From positions 344,934 through 408,933 of the forward strand of contig JBBTSZ010000002.1 in NCBI GenBank assembly GCA_038064495.1: a DNA stretch of 64,000 bases. Reading direction: 5' to 3'. Origin of the DNA: Patescibacteria group bacterium (GTDB lineage: Bacteria > Patescibacteriota > Minisyncoccia > Phycocordibacterales > Phycocordibacteraceae). The translations under genes were made by a program, and so were the position numbers. Within the stretch, counting starts at the first letter, position 1. Every line of letters begins with the position of its first letter. The notes under the pieces were generated by a model that searched no databases, had not been told where the DNA came from, and saw nothing but the letters and a program-made list of their open reading frames with translations. Of this stretch, positions 27,008 through 35,298 are shown piece by piece.

Positions 27008-28572
27008 CTATTTACATCTCGAAGACGTTTTTCCACGAATTCACGCGGTAAGACGGATAAGAACCAGCCTGCTTTTGGACCTGATGTACGGTTTAAGAAA
27101 ATACTATAGAGAGCACTAAACAAATCTGAAGGTTTGATGGGGACCTCTGATTTCAGTGTGTGTAAGAAAGCATGTATTTCTTCACCCGTTCGAGATTCAG
27201 TAACATACTCAGCAAGTAGAGAAAGTGCTTTCTTTTGATCATCTGCCAAGGAGACTTCAGGTAGTGTCTGCTGAAGCTCGTACCGGTATTGCTCTGTCGC
27301 ATACGTGGTGAGCCAGAATTTTGCATAAGTCTGACGTTCATGAAGAAGCTTCTCCTCATCCTCAGTAAGTGGCGAGCCTTTTGCCTGCTCAGCCTCATCC
27401 ATAAGGGAAATGTGGGGCATTTGAGTAATGAAAGCCACCTGACTGAAACGAAGTAACCACGGTGCTCCAAACCCTGCACGGTCTTCAGGAAGTTTAGTTA
27501 GTTCATACAGACGAGTGAAATCGTCTGCTACGCCATTACGTATGGCCTCAGCTAAGTCATCATGCCAATCATAGGTACGCGGGATAGAGTCCCCAGCAGG
27601 GTCGATATCAATTTGCTGGTTAATATCTTTGCCAATCAAGACAAGTCGGAAAACATCAGTAGGGAATAGGTCGCTCATATCCTTTGCAGAAGAACCCCTT
27701 CCTTTTGAGGAGGACATTTTCTGTCCTCCAACGAGGAAAAATTCGTAGGGGATGTCATACGGTGTCTCGCGACCAAACAGTTCCTTGGCAATGTGGTTTG
27801 CAACATCTCGTGAGCCACCCTTCGTTGAGTGGTCCTTTCCAGCCCCTTCGACGTCCACATCCATGGCGCACCACTTGGCTGCCCAGTCTACTTTCCAAAA
27901 GAGCTTACTAGCTCCTTTCCAAGGTGCTACACGTCCAGTGTGACCACATGGAATCGTGCCGTCGGGTGATTTATCACAGGCATAGCCCACGGTCTCGCCA
28001 TCATATTCAAAAGCTCGAGTGGTCATCATTTTTCCGCATTTTTCGCATATGACAGATATTGGCAACCAGTCCTCAGATTTTACGGAGCCCGAGACCTCTT
28101 TTAAGATCCGACGCACATCAGACACTCGCTCAAGGGCAATCTTAATATAGGGGTCCATTTTTCCAGACTGATACAACTCGGTTGCACGATAGTACTCAGG
28201 AGTAAATCCTGCTTTTTTGTGGACTTCAATAAACTCCGCACCGAAGTACTCCGCATAATTAGCGAATCCAGGTTCAGGAGCCGGAACAGTATACAGTGGT
28301 TTACCAAGATGTTCAGAAAACCTTTCTTCGTCTAAATATCCCGGAATGGAGTCGAACGGGTCGAAATCGTTGAGTTCATAAAGATACTTGTTAGACACTC
28401 CGTATTCGGTGAGCACCTCACCGACGAGCCCATGAATGGCGACTCCGCGCATTGAACCAACATGCACGCGACCCGACATGGTCTTCTCATCACGAATCAG
28501 CAGGGGCTTTGCTCCTGCTGTAACTCTTTTTTTTTCTTGTATGTCCTTCGCTATTCTGTCTGCCCAAAACAT
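27004..28572 (-). CDS. lysK: lysyl-tRNA synthetase, class I (archaeal type)
   Basis: HVGSMRG (HIGH-like) and KMSSSKG (KMSKS) motifs. Cys/His zinc knuckle CEKCGK...CGH. 522 aa. Confidence 0.85.
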   Translation of the reverse strand: MFWADRIAKDIQEKKRVTAGAKPLLIRDEKTMSGRVHVGSMRGVAIHGLVGEVLTEYGVSNKYLYELNDFDPFDSIPGYLDEERFSEHLGKPLYTVPAPEPGFANYAEYFGAEFIEVHKKAGFTPEYYRATELYQSGKMDPYIKIALERVSDVRRILKEVSGSVKSEDWLPISVICEKCGKMMTTRAFEYDGETVGYACDKSPDGTIPCGHTGRVAPWKGASKLFWKVDWAAKWCAMDVDVEGAGKDHSTKGGSRDVANHIAKELFGRETPYDIPYEFFLVGGQKMSSSKGRGSSAKDMSDLFPTDVFRLVLIGKDINQQIDIDPAGDSIPRTYDWHDDLAEAIRNGVADDFTRLYELTKLPEDRAGFGAPWLLRFSQVAFITQMPHISLMDEAEQAKGSPLTEDEEKLLHERQTYAKFWLTTYATEQYRYELQQTLPEVSLADDQKKALSLLAEYVTESRTGEEIHAFLHTLKSEVPIKPSDLFSALYSIFLNRTSGPKAGWFLSVLPREFVEKRLRDVNS

Positions 28573-28619
28573 AACGCCATCCTACCATGTCTGCCGTAAT
28601 CAGATGCTAGAATGCACGC

Positions 28620-29156
28620 ATGCCGTCTGGAATAGGGAAGTACCGTAAGCACATCCAAGAAATTGGTACAGGCTTGTTCATATATGAAGTCTTTAACTTC
28701 GTGTATGACTGGCTATTTTATCCCTTTGCGCTCGCGTACTGGGGACTTTTAAAGGGCGGAGTAATTGTTGTCGCAGGTTCACTTGTTCAGTGTGCTTTTG
28801 TCTTTTGGCTCTATGACTATATGCGGATTGACTGGGTTGGTGCTCACGCACTTCGTGAACTAGAAACCAAAGAAGAGAAAACCTGGTTTGAGCGCATGGC
28901 CGTATGGCTTGGAAAAGACAAGAAGTCATTGTTTGAGAAGTTGTGTAGCCCTATTGTGTTCGTAGCGCTAACACTTCCAATAGACCCTTTGATAGTTGCT
29001 CTACATTACCGACGTAAGCATTTTGAAGGCATCTCCCTACGTGACTGGGGACTTCTAATCTCAGCCGTAGCTGCAGCAAACCTGTGGTGGCTTCTGAAAG
29101 TCGGAACCATTGTGGAAGGTTTCAAATATCTATACACCTTCGTTTTGGGGAGCTAA
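28620..29156 (+). CDS. hypothetical membrane protein
   Basis: 178 aa with several hydrophobic helices. Divergent from lysK. Confidence 0.5.
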   Translation: MPSGIGKYRKHIQEIGTGLFIYEVFNFVYDWLFYPFALAYWGLLKGGVIVVAGSLVQCAFVFWLYDYMRIDWVGAHALRELETKEEKTWFERMAVWLGKDKKSLFEKLCSPIVFVALTLPIDPLIVALHYRRKHFEGISLRDWGLLISAVAAANLWWLLKVGTIVEGFKYLYTFVLGS

Positions 29157-29172
29157 TCTAGGAGGTATACTT

Positions 29173-29538
29173 ATGAATACGATGAAATCGGTAGACTGGA
29201 TGACTTCTATCTTGTGGGCTTTTTTGCTACTTTCTATAGCCTCTACTGGTTATTTCTTCTTTTACAGTAAAGATTATGATGTCATGGTTGAAACTGCATG
29301 TTCTCCAGATATGGAAAACTGCTTCCATAGAGATTGTTCTGCCGAAGATTCAGAATGTCCTCCAAATGGTTACGAAGACTACAAAGTGTACGCAATAAAA
29401 GCATATGATTTTGCTTCATGTGAAGCTGACACTTGCAATGCACTTTGTCTTTCAGGCTCACCACTCTGTGTTGAAACAACCTGTGGCGCTGTAGACACTG
29501 ATACCTGCAGTTCTAACCCTGAAGAAAGTTCTCAATAG
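29173..29538 (+). CDS. Cys-rich membrane-anchored small protein (121 aa, 11 Cys in the external part)
   Basis: AGGAGG SD 6 nt before the ATG at 29173. N-terminal anchor ILWAFLLLSIASTGYFFFY. Acidic, Cys-rich ectodomain. In the low-GC island. Confidence 0.55.
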   Translation: MNTMKSVDWMTSILWAFLLLSIASTGYFFFYSKDYDVMVETACSPDMENCFHRDCSAEDSECPPNGYEDYKVYAIKAYDFASCEADTCNALCLSGSPLCVETTCGAVDTDTCSSNPEESSQ

Positions 29539-29540
29539 GT

Positions 29541-30362
29541 ATGAATATTTCAAGTGAAGATGAACAATTGATCGAGTCGCTCGTATCAGACAAGGATGCA
29601 TTTAATGCATATGTATACACACCACTTTCCGAAGCAATCGCTACTCTTAAGGAACGTACTAGGAGTCAAGATCCAGAATTGGCCAGTATAGTACCTTCAG
29701 AAATGCTACAAAAACCACGAGCAGTATTGTTCAGACAGGTTTTAACCTCCAATTATGAATCGAGACGCTTCATGAATCTTGTAGAGTCTTCAGAATTAGA
29801 GCCACTTTTTTTTGAGTATTATTCTGATAAATTCACTTCCAATAATGACTTCAAGCACTCCCTAGGAAGAATGTTTTTTTACAAAGGAATGGGTAAGAAT
29901 GGCGGTACGCAAATACATTCACGAACTGTGCTTGACTTTAATACTGCAAATGGGAAGAAGATATGCGATCTAAAAACGATATGGGGCGAATCGTTAGTTG
30001 ATTTCCATCACTCACTTTTTAAAAGTTGTTTTTTTGACCTGCCGGCTTCTGATTTTTTTGACGCATCACTTTGGTTTAAAAACCACGGCCAGTCGGCAGA
30101 AAAATATTATGAGTTGTTCCTTTCTCTTTTTATCGAGCACGCTATCCTCTTTGAAGATTTTATGCTTAATCAAAAGGAATTGTCTTTCACGCGTGATATC
30201 TTCCTCCCAGCTTTTATATCCGTTCACAAATCAAGAGGCATTAAACCCCTGATAGTCTCCCTGGAACCAACTCAGATTGAAGATGCTCGCTTTTGGCTTT
30301 GTCACCCCTTTGAGAATTTAGACATCGTTGATGCTAAATTGGCTTTACCAAGAGTGAGTTAG
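29541..30362 (+). CDS. hypothetical cytoplasmic protein (low-GC island)
   Basis: 273 aa with no TM helix and no recognisable motif. About 38-40% GC. Confidence 0.5.
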   Translation: MNISSEDEQLIESLVSDKDAFNAYVYTPLSEAIATLKERTRSQDPELASIVPSEMLQKPRAVLFRQVLTSNYESRRFMNLVESSELEPLFFEYYSDKFTSNNDFKHSLGRMFFYKGMGKNGGTQIHSRTVLDFNTANGKKICDLKTIWGESLVDFHHSLFKSCFFDLPASDFFDASLWFKNHGQSAEKYYELFLSLFIEHAILFEDFMLNQKELSFTRDIFLPAFISVHKSRGIKPLIVSLEPTQIEDARFWLCHPFENLDIVDAKLALPRVS

Positions 30363-30376
30363 AATACAATTACGGT

Positions 30377-31981
30377 ATGGACTTGAACACTTGTTTTGAA
30401 ACGACTAAGGATTATCACACGATTGCGTATTACTCGCACTTGATTCCTGTTTTCATTGCACTCTTTTTAGGATTCTTTGCTTACTTAAAAAGTAAAGGTT
30501 CTTATATATCACTGATATTCGCGTCTTTTAGTTTTTGCTTCTCGCTTTGGCTACTCGGTGACTTAGTAAGCTGGGTTTCTCCGAACTATGACCTCGTTTA
30601 CTTTACATGGTCCTGGCTTGACTTAGTTAATATAGTTTTTTTTATATTTGGGGCTTATTTCTTTTCAATTCTGGCACGTGGCTTAATTTCACCGCTAGAA
30701 AAATGGATGCTTGTGCTAATAGCAATTCCAGCTTTTGTAATAACAGCTCTTGGCGCTTCGGTCATCAATTTTGATCAATCAGTATGTGAGGCTATAAACA
30801 GTACCTTGCTCACTCAGTACAAGCTGGTAGTAGAAGGTATTCTCGTTGTCTGGATGCTCTATTCATTTGCTCACGCCTGGAAATACTCCACAAAAGATAA
30901 GCGTATACAGCACAGCGTTGTTCTTGGAGCGCTTCTTTTGTTTTTTACTGTATTTGCAGGAACAGAGTATTTCTCATCTATGACAGGAATCTATGAAATT
31001 AACCTCTACAGCCTATTTGTTTTGCCAATCTTCTTGGTTGTGATGGTATTTGCCGTAACGAACCTCGGCCTATTTAATCTTCGATTTCTTGGCACACAGA
31101 TACTTTCATACTCACTTATCCTGATGACGGGTTCTCAGCTGTTCTTTGTTCAAGACGCAACCCATACAACGCTCGCTGTAATTACTCTCGCCATTTCAAT
31201 GTTTTTTGGTGTTTTGCTTCTACAGAATGCTAAAAAAGAAGAGGCTGCTCGTATGAAGATTGAAGAACTGGCAAAAGAACTTGAAAAAGCGAATGACCAA
31301 CAGGTTATTCTTATTCACTTTATTACGCACCAAATTAAAGGGTTTGTGGCTAAATCTCGAAACATATTCTCAATGGCTCTTGAGGGAGATTTTGGACCTG
31401 TGTCAGATAAACTAAAGCCAATGATGCAGGCGGGATTTGATTCGGATACAAAGGGAGCCGCAACTATTCAGGAAATTCTAAATGCCGCGAACATTAAAAG
31501 CGGTAAGGTTGAATTCCACATGGCTCTGTTTGACTTGCGTGAGCTAATCCAAGAAATTACTCATGATTTGCGACCTGCTGCTGAATCGAAAGGATTGGAA
31601 CTTATTGCCGAGCTCGGAGATGAGGTAGCTACCGTAACAGGTGATCGTGCACAACTTGTAAATGTGTTTAAGAATCTTATTGATAACTCCATTAAGTACA
31701 CACCGAAAGGTTCAGTATCTGTAGGTATTACCCTCAAGCCAACTGAGAAGAAAGTACTATTTACCATTCAGGATACTGGTGTTGGTATCACGCAAGACGA
31801 TATGTTGAATCTCTTTACTGAAGGAGGTCACGGTAAAGATTCAACACGGATAAACGTGGAGTCAACTGGATTTGGCTTGTATATCGTTAAGAACATTGTA
31901 GACGCTCACAAAGGGCGTGTGTGGGCAAAATCTGAAGGTGAAGGAAAAGGTTCAAGTTTCTTTGTAGAGCTACCCGCATAG
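30377..31981 (+). CDS. sensor histidine kinase with an N-terminal 7-8 TM sensor domain
   Basis: About 280 aa of TM helices. H-box LIHFITHQIKGFV, then N/G1/G2 boxes (KNLIDNSIKYT, IQDTGVGI, GFGLYIVKNIV). No response regulator nearby. Confidence 0.8.
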   Translation: MDLNTCFETTKDYHTIAYYSHLIPVFIALFLGFFAYLKSKGSYISLIFASFSFCFSLWLLGDLVSWVSPNYDLVYFTWSWLDLVNIVFFIFGAYFFSILARGLISPLEKWMLVLIAIPAFVITALGASVINFDQSVCEAINSTLLTQYKLVVEGILVVWMLYSFAHAWKYSTKDKRIQHSVVLGALLLFFTVFAGTEYFSSMTGIYEINLYSLFVLPIFLVVMVFAVTNLGLFNLRFLGTQILSYSLILMTGSQLFFVQDATHTTLAVITLAISMFFGVLLLQNAKKEEAARMKIEELAKELEKANDQQVILIHFITHQIKGFVAKSRNIFSMALEGDFGPVSDKLKPMMQAGFDSDTKGAATIQEILNAANIKSGKVEFHMALFDLRELIQEITHDLRPAAESKGLELIAELGDEVATVTGDRAQLVNVFKNLIDNSIKYTPKGSVSVGITLKPTEKKVLFTIQDTGVGITQDDMLNLFTEGGHGKDSTRINVESTGFGLYIVKNIVDAHKGRVWAKSEGEGKGSSFFVELPA

Positions 31982-31999
31982 CCCTGGTATAGTGTCCCT

Positions 32000-33229
32000 A
32001 TGAACTTGGTAGAGGACCTGAAAGCTCGTGGACTCGCTGAGCACCATTCTGCAGATTTAGAAAAGATATTTGAGACGAGGCGCACGGTCTACCTTGGCGT
32101 AGACCCGTCAGCTGATTCCATGCACGCAGGGAATCTCCTTGTGGTGCTTACGATGAAACGTTTGTCTGACGCGGGTCATAAAATCATTCTGCTTGTGGGT
32201 GGTGGTACCGGTATGATCGGCGACCCGCGAGAAAGTGGGGAGCGCACGCTTATGGACGTACGAACCCTTGAGAGGAATAAAAAAGCGCTCCGTGCTCAGA
32301 TGCAACAGATTATTGGAAGGTCCGTTACGCTTGTTGATAACGCCGACTGGCTCCTCAAAGTAAAACTGGTAGATTTTTTGCGTGATATTGGAAAACACTT
32401 CACGGTAAACGAGCTTATTAAGCGCGACATTATCAAGCGCAGGCTTGATAACCCTGACGATAGTATTTCGTACACCGAGTTTGCGTACTCACTTCTTCAA
32501 GGCTTTGACTATCTCACACTGAACCAGAAATACGGAGTTGATCTCCAGATTGGAGCTTCAGACCAATGGACCAACATTCTTTCCGGCGTTGAACTTATCC
32601 GAAGAAAACTTGGCAAGGAGGCCTTTGCACTTACCACACCGCTTGTCGTTGACGTGAATAAGAAGAAATTCGGTAAGTCTGAAGGAAACGCGGTTTGGCT
32701 TGATGCAAAGAAGACTTCGCCCTTTGAGTTCTACCAGTTTTGGGTGAATCAACCCGACTCTATGGTGGAGACCTATCTCAAATTCTTTACCTTCCTCTCC
32801 GTACACGAAATACAGGCTATGTTTGAATTGCATAAGCGTAACCCAGAGCGTCGCATGGCCCAGCGTACCCTTGCTGACGAAGTCACCAAGCTCGTGCATG
32901 GCAAGACTGAGGCAGACAGAGCCTCTAAGATTACTGACGTGCAGTTTGGGGGCGCATCCCTCGAGAGCCTTTCACCTGACGAACGCAAAGCCTACGAACA
33001 GGCAATTCCAAAGGTCTCGTTTAACGAGGGAATGAGTATCGTTGAAGCCCTCACGTCCACAGGCTTCATTGCATCAAAGGCAGAAGCCAGGCGTCTCATA
33101 ACCGGAAAGGGAATCAAGCTCAATGGTGAGACCGTAGAGTCTGATCGGACACTTACCCACGAAGATTTTGAGAACAGCGCTGCTTACTTACAAAAAGGGA
33201 AGTCAGACAAACTGCGTGTTTTGAAATAA
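32000..33229 (+). CDS. tyrS: tyrosyl-tRNA synthetase
   Basis: Class I motifs DPSADSMHAGNL (HIGH) and KFGKSEGN (KMSKS). C-terminal S4-like domain. Confidence 0.9.
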   Translation: MNLVEDLKARGLAEHHSADLEKIFETRRTVYLGVDPSADSMHAGNLLVVLTMKRLSDAGHKIILLVGGGTGMIGDPRESGERTLMDVRTLERNKKALRAQMQQIIGRSVTLVDNADWLLKVKLVDFLRDIGKHFTVNELIKRDIIKRRLDNPDDSISYTEFAYSLLQGFDYLTLNQKYGVDLQIGASDQWTNILSGVELIRRKLGKEAFALTTPLVVDVNKKKFGKSEGNAVWLDAKKTSPFEFYQFWVNQPDSMVETYLKFFTFLSVHEIQAMFELHKRNPERRMAQRTLADEVTKLVHGKTEADRASKITDVQFGGASLESLSPDERKAYEQAIPKVSFNEGMSIVEALTSTGFIASKAEARRLITGKGIKLNGETVESDRTLTHEDFENSAAYLQKGKSDKLRVLK

Positions 33230-33258
33230 CGACAGTAATTGCTATAGTGGCGTGTAAT

Positions 33259-33344
33259 GCGTCGGTGGTAGAGTGGTCAATTACAACAGGCTGTAAACCT
33301 GTCGGCTTCGGCCTACGAAGGTTCGAATCCTTCCCGGCGCACCA
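33259..33344 (+). tRNA. tRNA-Tyr (anticodon GTA), class II long variable arm, CCA encoded
   Basis: Hand-folded cloverleaf. Acceptor GCGTCGG/CCGGCGC with one G-U pair. Anticodon loop CTGTAAA. Variable arm cggcttcggcctac. T-arm gaagg-ttcgaat-ccttc. Directly downstream of tyrS. Confidence 0.85.
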
Positions 33345-33356
33345 TACTTTGGAAAA

Positions 33357-33375
33357 CCCCGCAAGGGGTCTTTTC
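33357..33375 (+). terminator. rho-independent terminator after tRNA-Tyr
   Basis: cccc-gcaa-gggg followed by tctttt. Confidence 0.6.
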
Positions 33376-33377
33376 AT

Positions 33378-33422
33378 TGGTGCGCCGGAGCAGGTCTGGG
33401 AGACCTGCGGGAAGGATTCGAA
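33378..33422. repeat. inverted partial copy of the tRNA-Tyr 3' end, interrupted by a hairpin
   Basis: tggtgcgccgg + gcaggtct-ggg-agacctgc + gggaaggattcgaa. This is the reverse complement of ttcgaatccttcccggcgcacca (23 nt) with a 20 nt palindromic insertion. Confidence 0.5.
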
Positions 33423-33629
33423 GATGTTGCGAGCGTATTGTGGAGGAAGCGACAGAATATCCGCAACGTGTACAGAACCTGTAAGGCTCGAAAGCGTACT
33501 CGCGTTCCTTCCCGGCCATTTTTTGGTATACCGTACAGAATTCGAACCTGTTTTACTTATCCCCACTTCTCTTGTATAGTAGTCAATGGCCCACACTCCG
33601 TGGGTGCTCTTTGTTAGGGGAATTTAATT

Positions 33630-34169
33630 ATGGCAAGAAAGCCAATGACAGAACCAGGGTATCGTGCTTTGGTTGCACAACGTGCCGTATTGACAGCAGA
33701 AATCTGCAACTGCAGGGAAACAAAATCTGGCCATGTTGGCCGAATGATGAATCCAGGCAGCAGCAACGAGCTTGATGAGCTTCTCCGCTCTGAAAGCATC
33801 ACTGCTTCTCAACTCGGGCTCGTAACCCAGATGCTGCAGTTCGCCGAACCTATGCCCCAGCCGGAATCGGCAGAACGCATTCGGCTTGGTAATGGTTGCA
33901 AACTCGAACGAGACTGCGTCGTCAACGACTACATTCTCGTCGGCGAACACGAGCCTGATTGTGCCTGGCCTGGCCTTAAAATGGTGAGTATTGTCTCACC
34001 TCTTGGAAAAAGGTTAGCTGGCAAGAAAGTCGGCGATGAAATATCGCTCGGAAACGCTCCTTCAGCCAAACCCTACCTCGTTATCGACATTTGGGTTCCT
34101 GATCTTCCAACGGCCAATGGTCAAGCCGAACTGCCGCTCGAAATGTCGGAACTCGTTCCGACTAACTAA
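33630..34169 (+). CDS. GreA/GreB-family protein (C-terminal FKBP-like domain), Rnk-like
   Basis: VSIVSPLGKRLAGKKVGDEISL matches the GreA C-terminal signature. The N-terminus lacks the typical coiled-coil. Confidence 0.55.
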   Translation: MARKPMTEPGYRALVAQRAVLTAEICNCRETKSGHVGRMMNPGSSNELDELLRSESITASQLGLVTQMLQFAEPMPQPESAERIRLGNGCKLERDCVVNDYILVGEHEPDCAWPGLKMVSIVSPLGKRLAGKKVGDEISLGNAPSAKPYLVIDIWVPDLPTANGQAELPLEMSELVPTN

Positions 34170-34247
34170 TACCGCTCTTTCAACAGGCGCCGCGATTCAT
34201 TTCGTGGCGCCTTTTTGATACCCGGGAGGCCATGATACTGTAGCTAT

Positions 34248-35204
34248 ATGCCACAAAAGCCCATCCTCTTCTCCGGAATCAAACCGACCGGCGTGCCTCA
34301 TATCGGTAATTACTTTGGTGCACTCAAGCAATGGGTTGATTTGCAAAATGCAGACGATAAGGAATGTTTCTACATGATTGCGGACTACCACGCACTGACT
34401 TCGGTGCAAGATGCTGCGCAGATGCGTACCCTTACTGAAGAATTGGTTGCGACACTTCTGGCTATTGGTATAGACCCCGAGCGCGTCACCATTTTTAAGC
34501 AGTCGCAAGTACCGGCCCATACTGAACTTGCTTGGATATTCAACACCATCACGACCATGCCCTACTTGATGCGCGCGCATGCATTTAAAGACGCTGAGGC
34601 AAGGGATAAGGAAATCAATGTCGGAACCTTCACCTATCCACTTCTTATGGCCTCTGACATTCTCCTCTACGACACAAACGTCGTGCCCGTAGGACAGGAT
34701 CAGAAGCAGCATATTGAATACGCACGCGATACGGCGGAGAAGTTTAATCGTATCTTTGGAGACACCTTTACCCTTCCAGAAGCCTATATTCTTCCAGAAG
34801 TTGCCGTAGTGCCTGGCGTGGATGGTCAGAAGATGAGCAAGTCCTACGGAAACACCATTTCACTCTTTGCCTCGCGTGAAGAAGTTGAGAAAGGTGTGAT
34901 GAGCATTGTCACCGACTCCGAAGGTGGACGTCCTGAGAATGTCTACGCGATTCATGCACTTCTGAAACCAAAAGTTGAGCTTGAGGCGCTCTATACGGAA
35001 CATGAAGGGAAGTACAAAGCACTCAAAGATGCACTTATAGGGGACCTGGACGCATTTATTGCTCCTATGCGTGAGGCATACCAAACTGCCATGAAAGACA
35101 CTGCACGTCTTACCTTAATTATTGAAGCTGGAAATGCCAAAGCACGCAAATATTCTGAACAGAAAATGCAGGTGGTACGTAAAGCAATTGGCACGATTTC
35201 CTAA
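34248..35204 (+). CDS. trpS: tryptophanyl-tRNA synthetase
   Basis: GIKPTGVPHIGNYFGAL (HIGH) and KMSKSYGN. Confidence 0.9.
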   Translation: MPQKPILFSGIKPTGVPHIGNYFGALKQWVDLQNADDKECFYMIADYHALTSVQDAAQMRTLTEELVATLLAIGIDPERVTIFKQSQVPAHTELAWIFNTITTMPYLMRAHAFKDAEARDKEINVGTFTYPLLMASDILLYDTNVVPVGQDQKQHIEYARDTAEKFNRIFGDTFTLPEAYILPEVAVVPGVDGQKMSKSYGNTISLFASREEVEKGVMSIVTDSEGGRPENVYAIHALLKPKVELEALYTEHEGKYKALKDALIGDLDAFIAPMREAYQTAMKDTARLTLIIEAGNAKARKYSEQKMQVVRKAIGTIS

Positions 35205-35298
35205 CCTATGACCGACACGACGAAAGCTGACTCGCTTCTCAAAGAAATACTGGAACATTTGACCGAAGTTGTTTCAGAAACTACCTCAGAACTAGAGC

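Noticed and set aside
33153-33596. Minus-strand ORFs (147 aa and 68 aa) overlapping the tRNA-Tyr region
   Set aside because: The translation contains the classic ...GKDSNLRRPKPTGLQP... artefact produced by reading a tRNA gene on the opposite strand. It is not a real CDS.
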